From Candidatus Woesearchaeota archaeon (GTDB taxonomy: Archaea; Nanobdellota; Nanobdellia; Woesearchaeales; UBA10216): 64,000 nucleotides of DNA. Where the stretch lies: the NCBI GenBank assembly GCA_016188155.1, contig JACPIH010000003.1:2033-66032 (forward strand). The letters are read 5' to 3'. Numbering within the stretch: the stretch's first letter is position 1; the number at the start of each line of letters is the position of its first letter. Below the pieces are notes generated by a model. The model was not told the DNA's origin, made no database searches, and worked only from the letters and a program-made list of their open reading frames with translations. This document shows, in pieces, positions 26,177 through 34,514 of this stretch. The translations under genes and the position numbers were made by a program.

Positions 26177-27706
26177 TTACTCGTATTCTATCGTTGCCGG
26201 CGGCTTCTGCGTGACATCATAGACGACCCTGGTCACGCCCCTGACCTGCTTGACTATCCTGCTTGCTGCTTTTTCCAGCATGTCATAAGGCAGCTTTGCC
26301 CAGTCTGCTGTCATGCCGTCTACAGAGGTTACTGCCCTGAGCGCGATTATGTAGCCGTATGACCTTGAGTCTCCCATTACGCCTACTGCCTTTACCGGCA
26401 GCAGCGCAGCGAAGGCCTGCCATACCTTGTCGTACTGCCCGGACTTCCTGAGCTCTTCTGTGAATATGAGGTCTGCCTCCTGGACTATCCCTATCCGTTC
26501 AGCGGTTATCTCGCCTACTATCCTTACTGCAAGTCCTGGTCCTGGGAACGGGTGCCGCATTAATGCATCTCGGGGCAGCCCTATCATCGTTCCCAATTCT
26601 CGCACTTCGTCCTTGTAGAGGTCTTTGAGCGGCTCCACAAGCTTTAGCTTCATCTTTGCAGGAAGCCCTCCGACATTGTGGTGGGTTTTTATCACAGAAG
26701 CTGCCTTTGATGCCTTTGCTGATTCAATCCTGTCAGGGTAAATTGTTCCTTGGCCAAGGAATTTTATCTCGCCGTGCTTGGCTTTCAGCTCTTTTACCTT
26801 GTTTTCGAAAACTTCGATGAAAGTGTTCCCTATTATTCTTCTTTTCTGTTCCGGGTCAGTGACCCCTTTCAGCCTTTTGTAGAATGTCTGCGAGGCATCG
26901 GCGTAGTAGTAGTGCCTGAATCCGAGCTTTTCGTACAGCTTCTTTACGTATTCTGCCTCTCCTTTCCTGATTATGCCGTGGTCTACGAAGACGCAGTAAA
27001 TTTTTGGAGTTGCGGCTTTTATCAGGGCTGAGGCTACTAAACTGTCTACTCCTCCGCTAACGCCCATGATGACTGCGCCGTTGCCAACCTTTGCCTTTAT
27101 CTCGGCAGCAAGCTTCCCGTCAATGCCTTTTATCGTGTAGTTTCGCCTGCAGCTGCAGATGTTAAGGAAATTCTCCAGTATCCTCATCCCGTGGACTGTA
27201 TGCTGGACTTCAGGGTGGAACTGCAGCCCGTAAATCCTTCTTGCATCATTGGCGTATGCGGCTATTTTGCATCCCTGCGTTTTTCCAGCAGCCATAAATC
27301 CTTGTGGCAGCGTAACCACGGAGTCGCCGTGGCTCATCCACACCTGCTCTTTTTTGTCAAGCCGCTTTAGCAGCTGTGATTTTCCTGTCGCCGCAAATGT
27401 TTCCTTGCCGTACTCCCTGCTGCTTTGCACAACCTTGCCGCCAAGCGCATGTGCGATTAGCTGGTGGCCGTAGCATAATCCAAGAACCGGAATTCCAAGC
27501 GAGAATATTGCCTTGTCAACAGTTGGCGCGCCATTATCATATACGCTGCTTGGCCCTCCTGACAGGATTATGCCTTCAACCCTCTTTGCCCTCAGTTCAG
27601 CAGCGGTGGTTTTGTTCGGAAATATCTCAGCGTACACGCCAAGGGAGCGTATTCGCCTTGCCACGAGATGACAATATTGCGAGCCGTAGTCAAGGACTGC
27701 TATCAT
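26177..27706 (-). CDS. guaA: GMP synthase (glutamine-hydrolysing), fused GATase and ATP-PPase
   Basis: LGLCYGHQL, FHPE, VSGGVDS, C-terminal ...PPATIEYE. Confidence 0.9.
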   Translation of the reverse strand: MIAVLDYGSQYCHLVARRIRSLGVYAEIFPNKTTAAELRAKRVEGIILSGGPSSVYDNGAPTVDKAIFSLGIPVLGLCYGHQLIAHALGGKVVQSSREYGKETFAATGKSQLLKRLDKKEQVWMSHGDSVVTLPQGFMAAGKTQGCKIAAYANDARRIYGLQFHPEVQHTVHGMRILENFLNICSCRRNYTIKGIDGKLAAEIKAKVGNGAVIMGVSGGVDSLVASALIKAATPKIYCVFVDHGIIRKGEAEYVKKLYEKLGFRHYYYADASQTFYKRLKGVTDPEQKRRIIGNTFIEVFENKVKELKAKHGEIKFLGQGTIYPDRIESAKASKAASVIKTHHNVGGLPAKMKLKLVEPLKDLYKDEVRELGTMIGLPRDALMRHPFPGPGLAVRIVGEITAERIGIVQEADLIFTEELRKSGQYDKVWQAFAALLPVKAVGVMGDSRSYGYIIALRAVTSVDGMTADWAKLPYDMLEKAASRIVKQVRGVTRVVYDVTQKPPATIEYE

Positions 27707-27710
27707 AAAA

Positions 27711-28838
27711 TCACGTCACTATCTCCATAAGCCTGTTTTGCCTTATTGCCTGCCTTATTTCCATGGCTATCCTGCTTCCGGTGCTCAGCGGCCTTCCGTA
27801 AAGGTAGTTTGTGTATGGAGTTGCCGCTATTCCTGGGCTTCCTGGTATCCTTGCTGAGATGTCAAACACGATTATTTCCTCTTCAGGCGGTCCGGGCTTA
27901 ACTGCTGCCTGCAGCGCAAAGGGCCCGATTATGCCAGGCGGGTAAAGCTTTTTGGCAGCAGCAACGAATTTCTCTCCTATTTCAAAAGCCTTTTCCAGCA
28001 GCGATTCTTTTACTGTCACGGCAACATGGCCTGTCTCAACATACTGCGGTTTTACATGTTTCATTATTTGCAACTGCTCTGCCGCTGTTAACCTCAATAT
28101 TCCATCTATGTTTGTTTGCCTTCTGGTGTCAGTGCCGAGAAGCTCAAGCTCTCCAGTCAGGGGAGAGTAAAAATAGTTGAAGTTTACCTGTGCTCCAACA
28201 ATGAATTCCTCAATGGCAGCTTTTTTGGCAGAAGCGGCAGTGATTATTTTCTTCTCAACCATGCCTTTTATCTTGTTTTTGTAGTCCTCATAGCCGTTCG
28301 CGAGGAAGAATGCGCGCTCATAGCCCCTTGCTGCTTCCGAGGCTTTCACCATGACAAGCCTGTCTATTCTTCTCGGGTCAGTAAAGCGCTTGGGCGTTTT
28401 TATCCCTGCCTTGTCCAGCAGCCTGTACTGGCTGTCTTTTCCGGTTCTTTCCTCTGCCTTTAGCATGGCTCTGCTGCCAAACAGAGGTATGGCAAACTTG
28501 TTTTCAATGTCCTTATAATTGCAGTAGACCCAGAAATACCTGCTTTGGACAAAAATCGTGTTAAGCTCCTTCAGCTTCTGCTGCGCCTCCGGTTTTGTGA
28601 TGTCGCTAAAGTTGTCAACAAGGATTATTTCGTCAACAACGCCTTTGCCTTCCCGGCTTCTGTAGTATTTTTCGTATGTTTTTTCCCTTCCCCTTTTGCA
28701 CACAACCACTGTCCTGAGACCCTGGTCTTTTGCCCCTCTGCACACGTCAAGGGCAGAGTGCCCTCCTAAGGTTCCAACGGTTATCCTGCTTTTGTCATAA
28801 GCTGAAATGGTTCCTTGCAGTTGTTTTTGCGTTATCAT
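27711..28838 (-). CDS. purP: PurP paralog 2 (FAICAR synthetase, ATP-grasp, formate-dependent)
   Basis: I(T)VGTLGGHSALDV, NYFYSPL, paralogous to 29451..30533. Start set at MITQKQ. Confidence 0.75.
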   Translation of the reverse strand: MITQKQLQGTISAYDKSRITVGTLGGHSALDVCRGAKDQGLRTVVVCKRGREKTYEKYYRSREGKGVVDEIILVDNFSDITKPEAQQKLKELNTIFVQSRYFWVYCNYKDIENKFAIPLFGSRAMLKAEERTGKDSQYRLLDKAGIKTPKRFTDPRRIDRLVMVKASEAARGYERAFFLANGYEDYKNKIKGMVEKKIITAASAKKAAIEEFIVGAQVNFNYFYSPLTGELELLGTDTRRQTNIDGILRLTAAEQLQIMKHVKPQYVETGHVAVTVKESLLEKAFEIGEKFVAAAKKLYPPGIIGPFALQAAVKPGPPEEEIIVFDISARIPGSPGIAATPYTNYLYGRPLSTGSRIAMEIRQAIRQNRLMEIVT

Positions 28839-29449
28839 TTTTTGAACCTTAGAGTATTGCCAATCCTTCCAAGCATCCCTTTCGGAGTCCACTTGCTTCT
28901 TTCGTTGGCTTTATAGTAGGCTTGCGGGGTAAGAATGATAGTGTATTGGTCTCCTGCGGGTCGTGGGGCATTCGGGTCTTTCCCTTTACCGTACATGTTC
29001 CACACTAGCTTTGCGAATACGCCCGCAAACTTGTAGCCCTTTTCGGTTACTAGACCTGCGTGGCCAATCCGGTTAATCAGGTCAAGCCTGTTGAATCCTG
29101 CCCTTATTAACAACTCGATAAGCGGCTTTACAGTGCCTAAAATGTAAAGTGGGCTTCTCTTGGCTTCTTCGAGAAAAACCGCGTTCGTTACCAATACCTT
29201 TTCTCCTTTAAAGTAATTTTGTGCCATTCTTGTGGTTGCAAGGTAAAACCCAATCAGGTGCTCACTAAAAAGGCCGCCTTCAAAAATCAGAATTAAGCGA
29301 TCTGATATACTTAAGAGCGATTTCCAACCCTGATCAATCCCTCCAATGCTCTTCTCATACTCTTGTAGCATCTGGAAGATTTTACCATTCAGCCTTTGGT
29401 TTAGCGCGTTTACTTCTGAAGTTTTGTGGATTTGAAGTTGAATTGACAT
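28835..29449 (-). CDS. Hypothetical protein (204 aa) between the two purP genes; possibly a degenerate acyltransferase-like fold
   Basis: ORF with ATGA-type overlap to the downstream purP. Only weak GNAT-like pattern (LYILGTVKPLIELLIRAGFNRLDL..EKGYKFAG). Confidence 0.5.
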   Translation of the reverse strand: MSIQLQIHKTSEVNALNQRLNGKIFQMLQEYEKSIGGIDQGWKSLLSISDRLILIFEGGLFSEHLIGFYLATTRMAQNYFKGEKVLVTNAVFLEEAKRSPLYILGTVKPLIELLIRAGFNRLDLINRIGHAGLVTEKGYKFAGVFAKLVWNMYGKGKDPNAPRPAGDQYTIILTPQAYYKANERSKWTPKGMLGRIGNTLRFKK

Positions 29450-29450
29450 T

Positions 29451-30533
29451 TTAGTTCAGTATTTCCCTCAGTCTGTTTCTTGTTATGGCGTTTTTAATCT
29501 CCCTAGCTATCCTCCTGCCTGTGCTCATTGGCTCGTTATACCTTGGCATGGTGTATGGCGAGCCTTCCATGTAGAGGTTTGTTCCCGCAACTATCCTCGC
29601 TGATATTTCGAATACGTAGAACTTCAGGTCTGGCGTTACGACTGTTTCCAAGCTGAACGGGCCGTAGAGCCCTTTGTTGTCGCCGTTTAGGGTTCTTGAA
29701 GCCTTCACGACAGCCTCGCCCATCCTGAAAATCTCAGGCAGCAGTGACTCTCTCACTACAATCGGCACATTTCCTGTTATGTTGTAGCTCGTTTCCAGCC
29801 CAAGGTCCAGCTGGTCTTTAGCTGCGATGCGGCCTATGCTGTCCACGTTGCTCTCATACCTTTTGTCAAAGCTCATTACCTCAAGCTCATTCGTGAGGGG
29901 GGAGTAAAAGTAGTGAATGTATATTGGGGCTCCTATTATGTACTCCTGTATTATGTAAGCCCTTATCTCGCCCTTTGTCTTCCTTGCTTTTATCTTCCTG
30001 TGGAATTCTTCAGCTGTTCTTGCAAGGAAGAACCCTTTCCCACCCAGTGCGCCATAAAACTTAACTATGACCGGACCGTCTATGTCTTCCGGCTTTTTGT
30101 AAATTTTTGGCAGTATAAGCCCTGCCCTTTTGAGCCATTCCCTCTGCTTCATCCTGTCGGCTTCCCACTTTAGTATGGATTTGTTTCCGAAGTAGTTCAC
30201 TTTTATCTTTTCAAGCTCTTCCAGCTTGAATGCCTCAAAGAATGTTCCATGAGGTATGAGTATTGCGTTCTCCCTGAGAAGCTTGTCCTGCAGCTTGATT
30301 GTGTCCCTGAAGCTGTTAACCATCATTATTTCGTCTGCCACCTCGAAGCTTTTGTATGGTTTCTCCCTGCCTTTTTCGCAGATGGCTATTGTTGAAAACC
30401 CTTCCTGCTTCGCGCCGTAGAGAATCTGGATTGCAGAATGGCTGCCAAGAGTGGCAATCTTATAGCTGTTATAGGGAATAGAATTCTCGCTTTTTTTGCT
30501 TTTATTAGCCCCCATATCAGCAGTATCTAACAA
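29451..30533 (-). CDS. purP: PurP paralog 1 (FAICAR synthetase, ATP-grasp)
   Basis: IATLGSHSAIQI, HYFYSPL, FEISARIVAGT. The true start may be MGANK (30515), given the TATA at about 30540. Confidence 0.8.
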   Translation of the reverse strand: MLDTADMGANKSKKSENSIPYNSYKIATLGSHSAIQILYGAKQEGFSTIAICEKGREKPYKSFEVADEIMMVNSFRDTIKLQDKLLRENAILIPHGTFFEAFKLEELEKIKVNYFGNKSILKWEADRMKQREWLKRAGLILPKIYKKPEDIDGPVIVKFYGALGGKGFFLARTAEEFHRKIKARKTKGEIRAYIIQEYIIGAPIYIHYFYSPLTNELEVMSFDKRYESNVDSIGRIAAKDQLDLGLETSYNITGNVPIVVRESLLPEIFRMGEAVVKASRTLNGDNKGLYGPFSLETVVTPDLKFYVFEISARIVAGTNLYMEGSPYTMPRYNEPMSTGRRIAREIKNAITRNRLREILN

Positions 30534-30564
30534 CTATTATATAAGTTTAACTGTGAGTTGTGAG

Positions 30565-31959
30565 TTACCTGATTCTTAGCTCCTTCTCCCACTGCCTGCA
30601 TACCTTCTCAGTCTTCACAGCCGCTATTCCTGTGTACCTTTCAGGGTTCTGCAGGAGTTGCAGCTGTGATTTTGTCATCTTCTTAAGGTAGGGCTGCGCA
30701 ACAGCATCGTTCATTAGAACTTCCTGGAAGCTTTTCCTCTGTTGCTGTGCAATTAATGTCAGTTTTCTCACATACTCATGCGCGTCAGGATGCCCTGCGG
30801 CAGCAAGGAGGATGTAAGCCGGCTCTGCAGCTATCATGCCTTTGCTTGCATTAAAGTTCTTGTTTAGGTTTTCTTTTACAACTACCAGTTTTTCCATTGC
30901 AGCCGTCAGTCTTTTCGCTGCTATAAATGCGGCAGCTATTATCTCTGGCATAAACCTCGATGATGCAGAATTTGTCAGGTCACGCTGGTGCTCTGATATC
31001 TGGTCAGCATAAACAGTTGTCATTCTTGGCACGAACTCCTTCCACAACGACTTGACATTTTCAAAGTTAATAGGGTTGCGCTTGTGGGGCATTGTGCTGC
31101 TGCCTACCTGCTCAGCCCCAAACTGCTCAGCCACTTCGCCAATCTCTGTTCTCTGCAGGTGCCTCATGTCATCTGCAATGTTTGCCATTACCCCAAACGC
31201 AGAAATAACAGAGTGCATCAGGTCAGCTGCAAACTCAGGCTCCACTATCTGTGTTGAGTGCGTTGACGGCTGCAGCCCGAGTTTCTTCAGCACGGCAATT
31301 TCAAACTCTTCAGGGTCTTTCAGCAAAAGTGATGAAGCGTTGTAAGCGCCCACAGCTCCGGCAAATTTTCCTTTCATGTTATTTGCGGCAGTTGCTATTG
31401 TGGATATTCTTCCTCCAAGGCGAGATACATAAGAGGCAATTGTAAACCCAAACGTTATGGGCTCAGCGTGCTGGCCGTGGGTTCTGCCAATCTGCAGTGT
31501 GTTCTTTTCCCTTCTAGCTATTCCGATTAGCGTTTTTTCCAGCTGCAGCAGCTGCGGTAATAGGGCATTAATTGTTGCATCTTTCAGGCGCAAGCCCTCA
31601 GCAGTTGATATGATGTCGTTAGATGTGGCGGTAAAGTGTACGTACGGCTTTGCCTCTGTGCTTACCTTGTTGCGTATGCAGTTCACCAATGCGCGGATGT
31701 TGTGCTTTATCTTTTTCTCTTCCTCATAAACCTCGGCAGCGGTTACTTTCTTTGCGGCCGCTTCAATTTCAGCAGCAGCTTTTTTGTCGCATATTTTCCT
31801 CTCTGCCAAACTCTTCACTAGCGCAACTTCTACTGCGAGCTGGTATCTTATGGCTGCAGTTTCAGACAAGTATGGCTGCAGCTTCTCAAATGTTTCTTTG
31901 TCTCCTTCATAATACCTGTAGTCAATCGGGCTTATTGCATCAAACGTGTCCATTTTCAT
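30565..31959 (-). CDS. purB: Adenylosuccinate lyase
   Basis: SPIDYRY, GSSTMPHKRNP. Confidence 0.9.
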   Translation of the reverse strand: MKMDTFDAISPIDYRYYEGDKETFEKLQPYLSETAAIRYQLAVEVALVKSLAERKICDKKAAAEIEAAAKKVTAAEVYEEEKKIKHNIRALVNCIRNKVSTEAKPYVHFTATSNDIISTAEGLRLKDATINALLPQLLQLEKTLIGIARREKNTLQIGRTHGQHAEPITFGFTIASYVSRLGGRISTIATAANNMKGKFAGAVGAYNASSLLLKDPEEFEIAVLKKLGLQPSTHSTQIVEPEFAADLMHSVISAFGVMANIADDMRHLQRTEIGEVAEQFGAEQVGSSTMPHKRNPINFENVKSLWKEFVPRMTTVYADQISEHQRDLTNSASSRFMPEIIAAAFIAAKRLTAAMEKLVVVKENLNKNFNASKGMIAAEPAYILLAAAGHPDAHEYVRKLTLIAQQQRKSFQEVLMNDAVAQPYLKKMTKSQLQLLQNPERYTGIAAVKTEKVCRQWEKELRIR

Positions 31960-32936
31960 CCCCTCAAATATCCCTTCTTGATTAAGTTTTGCCTTATCCT
32001 TTCTGTCGGGTTGCCCGCGACAGCCCTGAATTTCTGCCCCGTAACCAATTCGTAAGCCTCAATGTATCTTCTCGCTGCTTCCACTCTTACATCATCAGGT
32101 ATTTTTGGAACTGGCCCTTCGCCAACAAATCCCCTATCAGCAAGCCATTTCCTCACATATTCCTTATCAATCTTCATTTGCTCCTTGCCTGTCTTGAAAA
32201 GCTCTTCATATGAGTCAGAGAACCAGAACCTTGAGCTGTCCGGCGTGTGCACTTCATCAATCAGTGTTACCTTGCCATTCTCATCATAGCCAAACTCGTA
32301 TTTGGTGTCCACAAGTATTATGCCTTGTTTTGCCGCTATTTTTTGGCCCAGCTCAAACAGCTTCATGCTCACTTCTGCTATTTTGTCAAACTCCTCTGCA
32401 GTAAGAAGCCCTTTTCTTATCACTTCAGCCCTTGATACGGACTCGTCGTGCAGGCCTTTTTCAGCCTTCGTTGATGGCGTCAGCAGCGGCCTGGTTAGTT
32501 TTTGGTCCTTTCTCAGTCCTTCAGGCAGTTTGTGGCCGCAGAACTCCCTTGCACCCCGCTCGTAATTGTACCATATCGAAGTCGTGGTTACCCCTGTGAT
32601 ATAGCCGCGAACAACAAACTCCACCATTATTGGCTTGCAGTTCCTTGCTACGGTCACGTTCGGGTCAGGAATGTCAATAACCGCATTATTGGCTATGTGC
32701 TTTGTTTTTTCAAACCAGAACTGGCTCATCTGGTTCAGGACCTGCCCCTTGAACGGCAGCGTTGTAAGCACGACATCAAAGGCAGATATCCTGTCAGTGG
32801 TTACCATTATCCTTCTGTCGTTGAGTATGTAGTTGTCCCTTACCTTTCCAAAGTACTTTTTGGCTTTGCCAAAGTCAAAGTTTGTCTTTTCAAGCGTGCT
32901 TTTCAGTTGCCGCTTCAGGATTTCAGCATCTATCAT
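31956..32936 (-). CDS. purC: SAICAR synthetase (long form)
   Basis: GKVRD...DRISAFD, VDTKYEFG. Confidence 0.85.
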   Translation of the reverse strand: MIDAEILKRQLKSTLEKTNFDFGKAKKYFGKVRDNYILNDRRIMVTTDRISAFDVVLTTLPFKGQVLNQMSQFWFEKTKHIANNAVIDIPDPNVTVARNCKPIMVEFVVRGYITGVTTTSIWYNYERGAREFCGHKLPEGLRKDQKLTRPLLTPSTKAEKGLHDESVSRAEVIRKGLLTAEEFDKIAEVSMKLFELGQKIAAKQGIILVDTKYEFGYDENGKVTLIDEVHTPDSSRFWFSDSYEELFKTGKEQMKIDKEYVRKWLADRGFVGEGPVPKIPDDVRVEAARRYIEAYELVTGQKFRAVAGNPTERIRQNLIKKGYLRG

Positions 32937-33718
32937 CTTTCATTTACCTCTTTGTCAGCTTCTTCAACCTTTAGTCGCATGCCCCACCGGTATTCCTTGA
33001 GCTTGTCGTTTTTCCTCATTATCTCGGCAGCTGCAACTGCCGCGTTCTCTCCCCTGTTGAGGCCTACCCATATCCCTTTTTTGGTTAGCTGCAGCAGCTT
33101 TACAGCATCATTGGCTGTTTCCTTTTCTGCTGTTGGGCAGTTTATCACTATCGCACTTTCAGAAATCATCCCTTCTTTTTCGTTGATGCTGATAAAGCAT
33201 ATGTTTATGGCGGTTTCTAGCACCTTGTTTCCAAGGCTGTGCTCAATTTCAAGTTCCTTCAGTGCTTCTGTGGCTTTGTCAACTGCCTTTTGGGCATTGC
33301 CGTGGTCAACTATGTTTATTCTTTTCATCTTGTTTTTTGCAATCATAGCGGCTGCCATGGCGGCTTCTTCAGCATTGTTTACTCCTGTCGTCAGCACAGG
33401 TATTCCTGGTGGCATCTGGATTATTGACAGCAGTGCATCAAGCCCTTCAAACGCCCCCATAAGGGGAACTCCTATAACTGGTGCAGTTGTTTTTGCAGCC
33501 ACAACACCTGGCAGTGCAGCCGCAAGCCCTGCAGCAGCAATTATTGCGTCGTATTCCACTTCTTCAATGATTTTGTCCAGCATTTCCGGCGTCCTGTGTG
33601 CAGAGCAGACCCTCATCTTGTGTTCAACACCGCTTTTTTCAAGGGCTGCCGCGGCTTTCTCCATTATCCCAACGTCAGATTTGCTTGCTGCAATTATTAG
33701 CACTGCCATTTTCGTCAT
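32933..33718 (-). CDS. purE: PurE (CAIR mutase family) with an extra degenerate PurE-like half-domain at the C-terminus
   Basis: SDVGIMEKAA, RVCSAHRTPE, AGLAAALPGVVAA.T..PVIGVP. About 100 extra residues partly repeat the N-terminal pattern. Confidence 0.8.
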   Translation of the reverse strand: MTKMAVLIIAASKSDVGIMEKAAAALEKSGVEHKMRVCSAHRTPEMLDKIIEEVEYDAIIAAAGLAAALPGVVAAKTTAPVIGVPLMGAFEGLDALLSIIQMPPGIPVLTTGVNNAEEAAMAAAMIAKNKMKRINIVDHGNAQKAVDKATEALKELEIEHSLGNKVLETAINICFISINEKEGMISESAIVINCPTAEKETANDAVKLLQLTKKGIWVGLNRGENAAVAAAEIMRKNDKLKEYRWGMRLKVEEADKEVNER

Positions 33719-33721
33719 CCT

Positions 33722-34513
33722 TTACATCAGCTTGCTCTCAGCATACTCCACCATGTTCCTGAATATCCTCAGCCCGTCGCCTTCATCAGGCAGGTTCTCC
33801 CGTGTCCATCTCGGATGGGCGTATTTTGTGACAAACTTCTCCGGGTGCGGCATCATTCCAAACACGTTGCCTTCCCTGTTTGTTATTGCCGCAATATTCA
33901 GCTGGGAGCCATTTGGGTTGTATGGGTAGGCTGCGTTATCCATGCCGCTTTCGTCAGCATACCTCAATTTTATCAGCTTTTGCTTCCGAAGCTGTCCTAT
34001 GACCTCATTACTGGCAACAAACTTTCCCTCACCGTGGTTGACTGGCAGGTAAATCCTCTTTATTCCTCTTGTGAAGATTGAATCGTTTTCAGCTTTCATC
34101 CATACCCAGCGGTCCTCGAATTTCCCGGAATCGTTGTTTGCAAGTGTGGCCTCCTGCATAAACGTTCCTTTAAGTGCAGGCAGCAGACCCATTTTTATAA
34201 TTACCTGAAACCCGTTGCATATTCCAATTGCGAGTTTTCCTGCAAGGACAAAGTTTTCAAGCTGCTGTTTGAGCTTTATTGCCAGCTGGTTTGCTAACAC
34301 CTTTCCGCTGCCAAGGTCGTCGCCGTAGCTGAACCCTCCAGGAATCGCAAGAATATGATAATCGTTAATTTCTTTGCGGCCATGAATTAACTCGTTAACG
34401 TGTACCTGCTCGGCAGCAGCCCCAGCCAGCTCAAAAGCCAGTGCTGTCTCGTTGTTGCAGTTTGTGCCAGCTGCCCTTATCACGAGTGCTTTCGGTTTTG
34501 TTTTAGCTGTCAT
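33722..34513 (-). CDS. purQ: FGAM synthase glutaminase subunit
   Basis: GICNGFQ, HGEG, MMPHPE. Confidence 0.9.
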   Translation of the reverse strand: MTAKTKPKALVIRAAGTNCNNETALAFELAGAAAEQVHVNELIHGRKEINDYHILAIPGGFSYGDDLGSGKVLANQLAIKLKQQLENFVLAGKLAIGICNGFQVIIKMGLLPALKGTFMQEATLANNDSGKFEDRWVWMKAENDSIFTRGIKRIYLPVNHGEGKFVASNEVIGQLRKQKLIKLRYADESGMDNAAYPYNPNGSQLNIAAITNREGNVFGMMPHPEKFVTKYAHPRWTRENLPDEGDGLRIFRNMVEYAESKLM

Positions 34514-34514
34514 G

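Noticed and set aside
32502-33929. 475-aa plus-strand ORF
   Set aside because: It lies entirely antisense to purC/purE/purQ, which have clear motifs. Its sequence is low-complexity (Ser/Ala/Phe/Leu-rich) with no recognisable domain, so it is a shadow ORF.
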